Assembly: GCA_050696935.1 (NCBI GenBank)
Contig: JBOGYU010000001.1
Coordinates: forward strand, 1-41,042
DNA from: Solirubrobacteraceae bacterium
GTDB taxonomy: Bacteria > Actinomycetota > Thermoleophilia > Solirubrobacterales > Solirubrobacteraceae
Length of the DNA stretch: 41,042 bases
Direction of reading: 5' to 3'
Positions 1-9,132 of the stretch are shown here, piece by piece; within the stretch, counting starts at the first letter, position 1, and every line of letters starts with the position of its first letter. A program made the position numbers and the translations under genes. The notes below the pieces were generated by a model. The model saw only the letters and a list, made by a program, of their open reading frames with translations, searched no databases and was not told where the DNA came from.

Positions 1-500
1 GGCACGGGCGGCTCGTGCTTGTGCGAGTACGTGCCGGGCACGCGCAGGATCCGGGCGGCGTCGGCCGACGCGGGGTCGGCGCCGAGCGCGTGCGCGAGGC
101 GGCGGTTGGCGCGCTCGATCTCGGCGGCAGGGAGTGGCTCGGTCAGCGGCCAGTAGGCGTGGCAGTTGCGTCCGCTGCCGGAGGCGATGACGATCGAAGG
201 CGCCGGATCAAAGCACTCGAGCGTGGCCACGGCGTTCTCGCCGTCGCAGTCGGCCCACAGCACGAACGCGCGCGCGACGGCGTCGCGGCCGCCGTGCCGG
301 CGCGTACGTGGCGCGCAGCCGACGTAGACGTCGGTGCGCCGGCCCAGCCGCAGCCCGCGGCTGGCCAGCCGGCGTAGCCGCCGCGGCGACTCGAACAGCT
401 GGCCCATTCGATGCCCGTCCTCGCGCCGGTAGCGCAGCTCGAGCAACTCGCCGGACTCGCTGTCGCCGGCGAGCACCTCGAGGAAGCGCAGCACGGTCAC
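1..500 (-). CDS. AEP-superfamily primase / Prim-Pol (RepB-like), 5' part only; gene runs off the left edge
   Basis: The minus-strand frame is open to position 1, so it has no stop in the window and is absent from the ORF track. My translation reads ...FVLWADCDGENAV...SIVIASGSGRNCHAYWPL...ADAARILRVPGTYSHKHEPP. That matches AEP motifs I (DxD), II (SGxGxH) and III. The first in-frame start below the ssb stop is GTG at 500-498. The start is uncertain. Confidence 0.6.
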   Translation of the reverse strand, partial: MTVLRFLEVLAGDSESGELLELRYRREDGHRMGQLFESPRRLRRLASRGLRLGRRTDVYVGCAPRTRRHGGRDAVARAFVLWADCDGENAVATLECFDPAPSIVIASGSGRNCHAYWPLTEPLPAAEIERANRRLAHALGADPASADAARILRVPGTYSHKHEPPV

Positions 501-610
501 CTGCCCGACGGTCTCGGCGGCGGTGGTGTCGGTGACGTGTGCGTCATGGCAGTCCCCGCAGGTCTGGGCCCGCCGCCGCCCGGGGGAGGCGGCCGCGGGC
601 CCGATGGTTG

Positions 611-1000
611 TCAGGAGGCGGAGTCGCCGCGCGCCGCGCCAGCCGTGGCGGGCTCTTCGGGCGACGTCTCGGCGTTGGCCTGACCGGTGGAGCGGTTGCG
701 GCTGGCGAGGAACTCGACGCGCTCGGCGATCACGTACACGCGCGAGGCGTAGCCGCCATCCTGGGTCTGGAACTCCTCGAACAGCAGCCGGCCATCGATC
801 GCGACCTCGCGGCCGGCCTTCAGGTAGTCGGCGCAGGCATGCGCCTGGCCGTCGAAGCACTTGACGTCGAAGTAGCCGTCCTTGCCCTGCTTGCCGGCGC
901 GCTTGACGGCGATCCGCAGCGTGCAGATCGCGGTGCCGCCGTCGGTCTCGAGCAGCTTCGGGTCCTTGGTCAGGTGGCCGGTGCCGGTCCAGCGGTTCAT
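611..1000 (-). CDS. ssb: single-stranded DNA-binding protein (OB fold)
   Basis: Internal ATG at 1000-998 of ORF 611..1360, preceded by GGAGG. The sequence MNRWTGTGHLTKDPKLLETDGGTAICTLRIAV...YFDVKCFDGQAHACADYLKAGREVAIDGRL is a typical SSB OB fold. The C-terminus (..ARGDSAS) lacks the canonical acidic D-D-x-P-F tip. Confidence 0.9.
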   Translation of the reverse strand: MNRWTGTGHLTKDPKLLETDGGTAICTLRIAVKRAGKQGKDGYFDVKCFDGQAHACADYLKAGREVAIDGRLLFEEFQTQDGGYASRVYVIAERVEFLASRNRSTGQANAETSPEEPATAGAARGDSAS

Positions 1001-1640
1001 CGGGTCCTCCTTCGCCCTCTGCGGGCGGGTCGTGTGGCTGTCCAGGCGGCTACCGGCGCCACGACGCGGACGGAGCGCACCCGCAGGGCGGCCGTCAGGC
1101 CGAGCCCGAGCGAAGCGAGCGGCTTGCGCTCCGTTCCGCGGGCGCCGACACTGCAGCCGCAGGCAGCCACACGCACCGCCGGCGAGTCGCGAAGATCGCA
1201 TGCACTTCCGGACCAGCTCCCAGGCCTCGCAAGTCCCGAGCTCGACCGGGCCGACGGCAAACCCGCCTAGTGCACGCGCCTGATCGCCGACGGACCCGTG
1301 CCCGGCGCCCCCGATTCGGGCCCCGACGGTCAAGTGCCTGGACGATCCGGTCGGCTCCATACGTCTCTGCCGCTAAGGAGGCGCCCGAGCAGTAGCTGGC
1401 CCCCTCACGCAAGACCACGCCGCCATAGACCGCGGATACCGCACGCCCGCGCCAGCCTTGCCGCCGCCGGATCGGCTCGCGTCGGCGCGCGAGCGGTACG
1501 AGACGCGTGAGAGAGCCGAGGTGGATCGCAACGACGCACCGGGCGGGCTGAGCGCCGACGCCCCGTCCGCTGCACGCAAGAGAGACCGACCGATCGCGTC
1601 GACGCGTCAGAGGTCGCGCACCACGACCGCACTCACGCGG

Positions 1641-1830
1641 ACCCTCCGACGACTACAGACTCCCGTCACCGCCTCCAGATCCTCGCTCCTGCCCAGCTTC
1701 CCGTGCCCGTCTTGCCTCCCGCCTTCACTCCTGACTGCTCCTGGTTCCCTACCGCATAGTCCTCTTGCTCTTCCTGCTCGCTTCACGCTTGCCGCCGCCC
1801 CGCCTCCGGCCTCCCACCATCACGCCTGGG
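1641..1830 (+). other. strongly pyrimidine-rich (C/T) strand-asymmetric tract in a ~1 kb non-coding gap
   Basis: By eye the plus strand here is almost all C and T (tcccgtcaccgcctccagatcctcgctcctgcccagcttccc...). Only low-complexity ORFs cover it. Confidence 0.5.
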
Positions 1831-1858
1831 CTGGCCTGCCCGGTGTTTGTTTGGCAGG

Positions 1859-1905
1859 TCGAGGAAGGGGGGTCCAGCGCGAAGCGGTGGACCCCCCTTC
1901 CTCGA
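1859..1905. terminator. strong GC-rich hairpin, terminator-like
   Basis: gaggaaggggggtcca (1861-1876) pairs perfectly with tggaccccccttcctc (1888-1903), and 2 flanking bp extend the stem. The loop is 11 nt and can form 3 more bp. It sits ~155 nt past the hsdR stop. No clear U-tract on either strand. Confidence 0.5.
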
Positions 1906-1953
1906 AAGCCCAGGCGTAGAGCGGAATCCGAGCCGGAGGCGGGGCGGCGGCCC

Positions 1954-2037
1954 GTTGATCTCTGAGCTTCAACAGCCAGACTTCAACACCCACAGATCAA
2001 CACCCACAGATCAACACGCGCGGGCCTGGAGATCAAC
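1954..2037. repeat. iteron-like array: four tandem 14-bp units plus one extra direct and one inverted copy of the GATCAAC core
   Basis: Units: 1967 cttcaacagccaga, 1981 cttcaacacccaca, 1995 gatcaacacccaca, 2009 gatcaacacgcgcg. Another gatcaac lies at 2031-2037 and an inverted gttgatc at 1954-1960. Confidence 0.75.
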
Positions 2038-2057
2038 GGGCAATGCCGACCGCGACC

Positions 2058-5045
2058 TCAGATGCCGGGGAGTTGCTGCCCGGGCTCGTTGAGCCGGCCG
2101 TAGACCTTTTGGGCGAGGTAGTCGCGGACGACGGAGCCGAACGCGGGGTCGTCGATCATGCGCCCGAAGAAGTCCTGGTTGGCGTCGAGGCGGTCGATGA
2201 CAAGGCCTTCGAGGACCTTGTCGAGCGCGAGCTTAAAGTTCTCCTGGGAGTTCACGCGGGCCTGGGTGGCGAGCGTTGCGTTCTGGACGCAGGTCTGCTC
2301 GATCTGGTCGACGAAGACCTTGTCGGCCTCCGTGAACTCTGTGCCGAAGCGCTCGTTGAGCGTGTCGATGATCTCCGAGAGCTTGGCGAACTGTGGGTCC
2401 TGCCCGCCGGTGCCCTCGCCGGTGAAGCCGGGGATGATCCCGCCGCCCTGAGTAAGCGACAGGTCGTGCTCGCCGATCAGCTCGGTGCGCAGGTGTGTCA
2501 GCACGACGTCGTCGGAGAGATCGAGGCCGGCGGGCTGCTCGCGCGGCAGCCGCAGCGCGAGGAAGCGGCTGTAGGTGTAGAGCCGCTCGAGTTCGGCGTC
2601 GGCGAACGGGACGATCTGCGCGAGGAACGCGTAAACACGCACGAACGCGGTCAGCGCCGCGCGGAACGCCTCGCGCGCGTCGTCGTCGGCCAGCGCCGCG
2701 TAGCGTTCGACGGCCGGGTCGAGCAGCGCATACAGCGATGCGTTGGCGCCCTCTCCGGAGCCCAGGAAGGCGGTCGTGAAGCGCGCGGCTTCCTCGCGGT
2801 CGATGACGCCGAGCGCGTCGAGGCGGGAAGCAGCGTTGTAGAGCACGTTCGGGTCGGTCGGTTCGGCGATGGTCGCCTCAAAGAACGGGGCGAATGCGTC
2901 CTGGATCTGCTGGGTGTCGTTGGCGAAGTCAAGGACGAACGTGTCGGTCTTGCCTGGGTGGATGCGGTTCAGGCGGCTGAGCGTCTGCACGGCTCTGACG
3001 CCTTCGAGCTTCTTGTCCACGTACATGGTGTGCAGCAGCGGCTGGTCAAAGCCGGTCTGGTACTTCTCGGCGACGATCAGGAGCTGGTACTCGTCGCCGG
3101 CGAACTCGGTGGGTAGCGCGGTCTCTGCGATCCCAGCGTTCATCTGTGGCTCGGTGTAGTCGACGCCGCTGTCGGTGACGGTGCCGCTGAACGCGACGAG
3201 CGTGCGCACGTCGTCGTAGTGCTTCTCGACTATGTAGGCGTCGATCGCGCGCTTGTAGCGGACGGCATGCACGCGGCTGCGGGTCACGACCATCGCCTTG
3301 GCGTGGCCGCCGATCTTGCGGCGCGTGTGGGTGCGAAAGTGCTCGACAATGACCTCGGCCTTCTGCGCGAGGTTCGTCGGATGAAGCGACACGAAGCGCG
3401 CGAGCTGCGCCGCGGCCTTGGCCTTGTCGACGTCCGGGTCCTCGGCCGCCGCCGCGGCGATCTTCCAGTACGAGCCATAGGTCGCATAGCCCCTGAGCAC
3501 GTCGAGGATGAAGCCCTCCTCGATCGCCTGCTTCATCGAATAGAGGTGCACCGGGCCGTAGGTGTCATCGGCGCGCTTGGTGCCGAACAGCTCCAGCGTG
3601 CGCGCCTTTGGCGTCGCCGTGAACGCGAAGAACGAGAGGTTGTCCTGCCGGCCACGAGCTGCGAGCGCGGCGGTCAACTCGTCCTGAGGATCGCCGGCTG
3701 CCTCGCTCGCGGCGTCCAGCGCCTCAGCCGCCTCGAGCTGCTCATCGGCGCTCGCGCCGAGCACCTGCTTGAGGTCCTTTGCCGCCTCGCCGGTCTGGCT
3801 GGAATGGGCCTCGTCGACGATCACCGCGTAGTGGCCGGCCTTCAGCTCGGTACCGGCCTTGAGCACGACCGGGAACTTCTGCAGCGTGGTGATGATCACC
3901 TGCGCGCTGCCGCCCGTCAGGGCGGCGGCGAGTTGCGCGGAGTTCTTGTCGATCTTCTCGACCACGCCGGGCTTGTGGTCGAACTGGAAGATGGTGTCCT
4001 GCAGCTGGCGGTCAAGCACGACGCGGTCCGTGATCACGACGACTTTGTCGAAGACTTTGCGGTCGTGCGCGTCGTGCACGTTTGAGAGCTGGTGCGCCGT
4101 CCACGCGATCGTGTTGGACTTCCCCGACCCCGCCGAGTGCTGGACAAGATAGGACTCCCCCGGGCCGTTCGCGCGCGCGTCACCGACGAGCCGACGAACC
4201 GCGTCCCATTGGTGATAGCGCGGGAAGATCACTGCACCGGTCGTGCCCTTGCCGGTGCCGGGCTCGACGTGGATGAAGCGATGCATCAGGTCCAGCCAAT
4301 TGTCGCGCTGCCAGGCCTCCTCCCACAGGTAGGCCGTTCGGTGGCCGTCCGGGTTGGGCGGGTTGCCGGCGCCACCGTCGGCGGTGCCCTTGTTGAACGG
4401 CAGGAAGCGTGTCGAGGCGCCCTGGAGGCGGGTGGTCATGAACACGAGCGCCGCGTCGACGGCGAAGTGCGCGACCGCGCGCTTGCCCGAGAGCATCAGA
4501 TTCTTGGGCGAGCGGTCCTCGCGGTACTGCCTCTTGGCGTGCTCGACTGTCTGGTTCGTGAGCTGATTCTTCAACTCGGCCGTCGCGACGGGCAGGCCGT
4601 TGACAAACAGCGCGAGATCGAGCTCGGCGTCGTGGCCAGGCGCGTAGCGCAGCTGCCGCGTAACCGAGCAGCGGTTGGCCGCGTAGAGCTGCTCCAGCGT
4701 CGGCGTCAGCCCATGCGCGGGGCGGAAGTACGCGAGCTCGATCTTCACGCCGAGGTCGGTGACGCCGCGGCGCAGCACGTCGATGACACCGCGGCGGTTG
4801 AGCTCGTCGTTGAGCCGCTGCTTGAACTTGCGCTGCGCCGTCGACTGATCGCCGCCGTGGCGCGCGATCAGCTTCTCCCAGGCGTTGATCTGCGTCGCGC
4901 CGATGAAGGTGAACAGCTCGACAGTGTCGAGTGCGAGGTCGCGGTCGTAGGAGGTGTTCGCGCCCTGATGCCAGCCGTGGCCGAGCAGGTATGTCTCGAT
5001 CGTGGTCTCGAGCGCCTCCTCCAGATGCGCGCCGGTCGGGCTCAT
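2058..5045 (-). CDS. hsdR: type I restriction enzyme R subunit (HsdR, SF2 helicase-nuclease)
   Basis: 995 aa. Carries LVQHSAGSGKS (Walker A), VIVDEAHSSQTG (DEAH box) and an HsdR-type N-terminal nuclease region. Its start overlaps the hsdS stop by 4 nt. Confidence 0.95.
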   Translation of the reverse strand: MSPTGAHLEEALETTIETYLLGHGWHQGANTSYDRDLALDTVELFTFIGATQINAWEKLIARHGGDQSTAQRKFKQRLNDELNRRGVIDVLRRGVTDLGVKIELAYFRPAHGLTPTLEQLYAANRCSVTRQLRYAPGHDAELDLALFVNGLPVATAELKNQLTNQTVEHAKRQYREDRSPKNLMLSGKRAVAHFAVDAALVFMTTRLQGASTRFLPFNKGTADGGAGNPPNPDGHRTAYLWEEAWQRDNWLDLMHRFIHVEPGTGKGTTGAVIFPRYHQWDAVRRLVGDARANGPGESYLVQHSAGSGKSNTIAWTAHQLSNVHDAHDRKVFDKVVVITDRVVLDRQLQDTIFQFDHKPGVVEKIDKNSAQLAAALTGGSAQVIITTLQKFPVVLKAGTELKAGHYAVIVDEAHSSQTGEAAKDLKQVLGASADEQLEAAEALDAASEAAGDPQDELTAALAARGRQDNLSFFAFTATPKARTLELFGTKRADDTYGPVHLYSMKQAIEEGFILDVLRGYATYGSYWKIAAAAAEDPDVDKAKAAAQLARFVSLHPTNLAQKAEVIVEHFRTHTRRKIGGHAKAMVVTRSRVHAVRYKRAIDAYIVEKHYDDVRTLVAFSGTVTDSGVDYTEPQMNAGIAETALPTEFAGDEYQLLIVAEKYQTGFDQPLLHTMYVDKKLEGVRAVQTLSRLNRIHPGKTDTFVLDFANDTQQIQDAFAPFFEATIAEPTDPNVLYNAASRLDALGVIDREEAARFTTAFLGSGEGANASLYALLDPAVERYAALADDDAREAFRAALTAFVRVYAFLAQIVPFADAELERLYTYSRFLALRLPREQPAGLDLSDDVVLTHLRTELIGEHDLSLTQGGGIIPGFTGEGTGGQDPQFAKLSEIIDTLNERFGTEFTEADKVFVDQIEQTCVQNATLATQARVNSQENFKLALDKVLEGLVIDRLDANQDFFGRMIDDPAFGSVVRDYLAQKVYGRLNEPGQQLPGI

Positions 5046-6271
5046 ACGGCGGCGCTCGTCGTTGTCGTGCCGGGCACCTGCAGTCTGCCGGTGACCGCGG
5101 CAGTGATGAGCGCCTGCCGGCGCTCGCGGAGGAGCGCGATCTGACGGTCGATGGCGGCGAGCGTCAGATCGATCGCCACTCGCGCCTCAAGCGCCTGATG
5201 CGCTATTAGTCGTTGCCGGCCGATCGCCGGAAGGGGAACACGCAACTCGCGCAGATCATCGCCGCGAAGCTTGACCATCGACTGGGACGAACCGCGCGCT
5301 GCCGCGGTCATCTGACTTCGTGCGTCCGGCGTCGACAAAGCGAGCTGAACGTAATCAGGATCGTGCCCCTCGCGAAGCGTCAAGCGGTAGATCAGATCTG
5401 GGAGCAGCAGTGTGGGTGCATCGGGGTCGAGTCGAGCCACGGCCGCCAGGCCCACCAGATTCGGAGTGTTCGCTCTCGTCACCAGGAGGTCGGCGTCGCG
5501 CACGGCAGGGCGGTTCGCGGCGCTTCCGTCTACGAGAAGCTTGTTCTCAATCGCCGAGAAGCCGCGGGCGCTGACCGCGCTCAGCTTGAGGACGCCAACC
5601 TCGCCATGACCCGCGGATCGATCCTCGCACTGCGGACTCGAGCCCTGCTCGATGGACGCCACCGCGCTCGCGAGTCGAACTTGAGCGCCAGCCGTCGCGA
5701 CCGCCACGGCCACCTGCGACCGATGCCGTTCGATCAGCAATACGCGCTGCCGCTCGCGGGCGGACATCATGGCGTCGATCCGCGTGGTCTCGGCGTCGAG
5801 GAGGTCTGCGATGCGTGCCTGGTCGGCTATGCCCGGACACGGGATACGAAAGGCGCGGAGCAAATCGGTGTCGAGACGCTTTGTTCCATGAGCTGCCTCA
5901 TCGGTGAGCGCGAGTATCGGGTCTTCGAACGCGAGCAGCGCATACAGCAAGTACTTCGATGAGACCCAGCGATCGGGTTCGATCGCCTTGATGTCCTGAT
6001 TGAACGCAACCGCCCGAGTGACCATCGCGACTGGCAAGCGCTTCGCCAGCGCCATCCCGCGCGTGCCAATCAGAATGCTCCCCGCCGGGACCGTCGTGGA
6101 GAACCGCTTCGCCGCGTCCTCTGTGATGGTGTCGGTCGAGCCGCTGAGCTCGGGCTTCTTTAGATCGCGCGTGCTGATCCAGGGAAAGCCGCCGCCCCAT
6201 AGGTCGTCTCGGTCCTTTGGCGGCGTTCCGCCTGATCGCCACTTACCAACATCCGCGAGGCGCGTGCTCAC
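5042..6271 (-). CDS. hsdS: type I restriction-modification specificity subunit (HsdS, two target-recognition domains)
   Basis: 409 aa lying between hsdM and hsdR with 4-nt overlaps on both sides. Bipartite layout with conserved helical spacers (..RERQRVLLIERHRSQV.. and ..IDRQIALLRERRQALITAAVTG). Confidence 0.85.
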   Translation of the reverse strand: MSTRLADVGKWRSGGTPPKDRDDLWGGGFPWISTRDLKKPELSGSTDTITEDAAKRFSTTVPAGSILIGTRGMALAKRLPVAMVTRAVAFNQDIKAIEPDRWVSSKYLLYALLAFEDPILALTDEAAHGTKRLDTDLLRAFRIPCPGIADQARIADLLDAETTRIDAMMSARERQRVLLIERHRSQVAVAVATAGAQVRLASAVASIEQGSSPQCEDRSAGHGEVGVLKLSAVSARGFSAIENKLLVDGSAANRPAVRDADLLVTRANTPNLVGLAAVARLDPDAPTLLLPDLIYRLTLREGHDPDYVQLALSTPDARSQMTAAARGSSQSMVKLRGDDLRELRVPLPAIGRQRLIAHQALEARVAIDLTLAAIDRQIALLRERRQALITAAVTGRLQVPGTTTTSAAV

Positions 6272-8196
6272 CCTCGCACCTCCGCCAGCAGCCGCAGGAT
6301 CTCTTGCTCAACCTCGTCGATCTCCGCGTCGATCTCCTCGAGCGGCCGCGGCTCGACATGTTGGTAGAAGTGCCGCGTGAGCGGAATCTCGTAGCCGACG
6401 ACGGTCTTCGCCTCGTCGACCCAAGCATCGGGCGCGTGGGGCAGCACCTCCCGCGCGATGTAGTCCTCGACGTTCTCGACCAGCGGGATGCTCTCCTGGT
6501 CGCGCAGTTCGGGGTCGGGCTCGGGCCGTCCCTTGCTGTCGACGACCGCCTCGCCGTCGGGATCGCGCGGCAGCAACGCAGAGAGCACGAGCTTGCGCTT
6601 CGCGGCCGGCAGCTTCGGCAGGAGCCTGGTGATCCGGGCCGTCGCGGCGGCCATCGAAGCTTCCGCGGAAACGTCGAGGTGCGCCGTCGCGGCCTTCACC
6701 GCCGCCACGACGTCCTCGCCGAGCGTGCCGTCCAGCGCATCGAGCCGCACGCCCGCGCCCTCGACATCGACCCGCACCCGCAGCGGCCGCTCGACTGTCA
6801 CTCGCCGGAACCCGAACGCCTCGTTGTCGAAAACTTTGCCCGTCTGGGTCTCCTCGAAGTCCGCGTACCACCGCGTGATCTCGGCGATCGCCGCCTCGGG
6901 CATCCGCTTGCGCTTCTCGCCAAGCGACTTGGGCATCTTCTCCCACTGCTCGCGAGCGTCGATCAGCTGCACGCGCCCGCGCCGCACGTCGGCCTTCGCG
7001 TTGGTGACGAGCCAGATGTAGGTGCTGATTCCGGTGTTGTAGAAGAGCTGGTCGGGCAGCGCCACGACGGCGTCGAGCCAGTCGTTCTCGATGATCCAGC
7101 GGCGGATCTCGCTCTCCCCCGAGCCCGCGGCGCCGGTGAACAGCGGCGAACCGTTGAAGACGATCGCGATCCGCGATCCGCCTTCCTCGACGGGCTTCAT
7201 CTTGCTGATCATGTGCTGCAAGAACAGGAAGCTGCCGTCGTTGATCCGCGGCAGCCCCGCGCCGAACCGGCCGGCGTGCCCGAGCGTGTCACGCTCGTCC
7301 TTGACCTGCGCCTCGATCTTCTTCCACTCCACCCCGAACGGCGGGTTGGACAGCATGTAGTCGAAGCGACGGTCGTGCTGGTCGTTTGAAAGTGTGTTGC
7401 CGAACGCGATGTTCTGGGCGTGCTGGCCCTTGAGCATCATGTCCGAGCGGCAGATCGCGTAGGACTCGGCGTTCAGCTCCTGGCCGAAGACCTCGAGTTG
7501 CCCGTTGGGGTTGAGGTCGCGCAGGTACTCCTCGGCGATGCTCAGCATCCCGCCTGTCCCGCATGCCGGGTCATACACGGTCTTGACGATCCCCTTGGTG
7601 CGCAGCTCCGTCCCGTCACCAGCGAACAGCAGGTCGACCATCAGCCGGATGACCTCGCGAGGCGTGAAGTGCTCGCCCGCCGTCTCGTTGGACTGCTCAC
7701 TGAAACGCCGGATCAGCTCCTCGAAGACGTAACCCATCTGCAGGTTGCTGACGGCGTCGGGGTGCAGATCAATGTCGGCGAACTTGCCCACGACGAGGTA
7801 CAGCAGGTCGGCGTCGTCCAGGCGCGTGATCTGCTCGTCGAAGTTGAACTTCTGCAGCGTCTCCGCCGCACCCGGGGAGAAAGCGGCGACGTACTCGCGC
7901 AGCGAGCCGGCGATCTGCTGCGGGTCGTCGAGCAGGCGGCGGAAGTCGAGCTTCGAGGTGTTGTAAAAGCCGAGGTCACCGGCGGCCCGGCGCAGGATCG
8001 GCTCGGGGTTCGGGCGATGGCCGTGTCGCTCGACGGCTTCGAGCACTGCGGGCTTGGTCGCCTCCAACACGCAGTCCAGTCGCCGCAAGACGGTCAGCGG
8101 CAGGATCACGCGGCCGTACTCCGACTGCTTGTAGTCCCCGCGCAACAGGTCGGCGACCGACCAGATGAACGCGACGAGCTGGCCGTGGCCCTCCAT
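6268..8196 (-). CDS. hsdM: type I restriction-modification N6-adenine DNA methyltransferase subunit (HsdM)
   Basis: Carries the NPPFG catalytic motif (LSNPPFGVEWK), the AdoMet motif (VYDPACGTGGML) and an HsdM N-terminal domain (LVAFIWSVADLLRGDYK). The ORF track starts at TTG 8247. I prefer ATG 8196 (MEGHGQLVAF). Confidence 0.93.
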   Translation of the reverse strand: MEGHGQLVAFIWSVADLLRGDYKQSEYGRVILPLTVLRRLDCVLEATKPAVLEAVERHGHRPNPEPILRRAAGDLGFYNTSKLDFRRLLDDPQQIAGSLREYVAAFSPGAAETLQKFNFDEQITRLDDADLLYLVVGKFADIDLHPDAVSNLQMGYVFEELIRRFSEQSNETAGEHFTPREVIRLMVDLLFAGDGTELRTKGIVKTVYDPACGTGGMLSIAEEYLRDLNPNGQLEVFGQELNAESYAICRSDMMLKGQHAQNIAFGNTLSNDQHDRRFDYMLSNPPFGVEWKKIEAQVKDERDTLGHAGRFGAGLPRINDGSFLFLQHMISKMKPVEEGGSRIAIVFNGSPLFTGAAGSGESEIRRWIIENDWLDAVVALPDQLFYNTGISTYIWLVTNAKADVRRGRVQLIDAREQWEKMPKSLGEKRKRMPEAAIAEITRWYADFEETQTGKVFDNEAFGFRRVTVERPLRVRVDVEGAGVRLDALDGTLGEDVVAAVKAATAHLDVSAEASMAAATARITRLLPKLPAAKRKLVLSALLPRDPDGEAVVDSKGRPEPDPELRDQESIPLVENVEDYIAREVLPHAPDAWVDEAKTVVGYEIPLTRHFYQHVEPRPLEEIDAEIDEVEQEILRLLAEVRG

Positions 8197-8318
8197 CAAC
8201 GCGAAGGAGTCGTGATCGATACGCGGGTTCCGACAGGCATCGCCCAAACAACGCTATAGCTCGCCCGCTACACCCGTCGCAACACGAGCGCGCCGCGTCG
8301 ATCCGAAGGACGGCCCGC

Positions 8319-9074
8319 TCAGGTCAACGCGAAGGAGGCCCGGTCGACTGCGACATCGGCGACGCGCGGCTCAGGCAGCTGGTCCCACTGGCGGCCATCG
8401 AGCTCGCGGCCGCGCGCCTTCGGTCGTGGGCCACCCCACTGCTTGAAGAAGAAGGCGACGTCATCGTCGACGCAGCGATCGCGGAGATCGCGGACCCACG
8501 CGGGGTCGATGCGGCGATGCCGCGGCCCGGACTCGCCGCCCGCTATCAGCCAGTCGATATTGGTGAGGTCCAGGCTCTCGAGTGGACCGAGCAGAGGCTC
8601 GGCACTGATGAAGCGGACGGCCGCCGGTACCTCGCGAACGGCATCGGCCCGGTGGACGAAGCGACGGTTCTCGATGCTGACGCCGATCCAGACATTGGGA
8701 GCCCAATCGAGCCATTCGGCGAGATCGGCGAGGCGGTCCTGGCGTTTGGTGAGGATCTGGAACGTGTGCCAGTGCGCCGCTCGCATCGTCGCAAACACGC
8801 TTTCGATGAAGTCCGTTGGGATCGCCTCGTGGAACAGGTCGGACATGGAGTTCACGAAGATCGTCTTCGGCTTGCGCCAACGCAGCGGAACGTCCAGACG
8901 CTCGTGCCAGAGCTTCAGGTCGAAGCCTTGCTCGTAGGGATGGCCGGCGACGCCGCGCCAGCGCTCGGCGAAGGTCTTGGCGTAGCAGTGAGCGCATCCG
9001 GGGCTGACCTGGGAGCAGCCCGTCACGGGGTTCCACGTGGCCTCGGTCCACTCGATCGCGCTTGTTTGTGCCAC
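8319..9074 (-). CDS. DUF5131 / phage Gp37-Gp68 family protein (three-Cys motif)
   Basis: IEWTEATWNPVTGCSQVSPGCAHCYA...IFVNSMSDLFHE...FQILTKR...RFISAEPLLGPL...DWLIAGGESGP...FFFKQWGG matches my recollection of the family consensus almost block for block. Confidence 0.85.
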   Translation of the reverse strand: MAQTSAIEWTEATWNPVTGCSQVSPGCAHCYAKTFAERWRGVAGHPYEQGFDLKLWHERLDVPLRWRKPKTIFVNSMSDLFHEAIPTDFIESVFATMRAAHWHTFQILTKRQDRLADLAEWLDWAPNVWIGVSIENRRFVHRADAVREVPAAVRFISAEPLLGPLESLDLTNIDWLIAGGESGPRHRRIDPAWVRDLRDRCVDDDVAFFFKQWGGPRPKARGRELDGRQWDQLPEPRVADVAVDRASFALT

Positions 9075-9132
9075 GGATGCCCTTTCGGCGCCGAAGATCT
9101 CAGCCCTGCTGCGTAATCGAACAAATGTTCGC

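Noticed and set aside
1458-1919. 153-aa plus-strand ORF across the pyrimidine-rich tract.
   Set aside because: The Pro/Ser/Leu/Ala low-complexity translation simply reflects the C/T-rich DNA. There is no motif, no ribosome-binding site and no gene-like codon bias.
1967-2022. Considered whether the tandem repeats could be a small CRISPR array.
   Set aside because: The units are only 14 bp and directly abutting, with no spacers. No cas genes are nearby. The pattern fits iterons or binding sites instead.
2043-3116. Long plus-strand ORF (357 aa) antisense to hsdR. Similar mirror ORFs are 3219..4085, 4092..5144, 6217..7389, 7420..8259, 9865..10758, 12329..13465, 17364..19079 and 39407..40945.
   Set aside because: High-GC genomes leave stop-free frames on the strand opposite real genes. 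These translations are Arg/Ala/Gly/Val/Asp-rich with no motifs, while the opposite strand carries unmistakable domain signatures.
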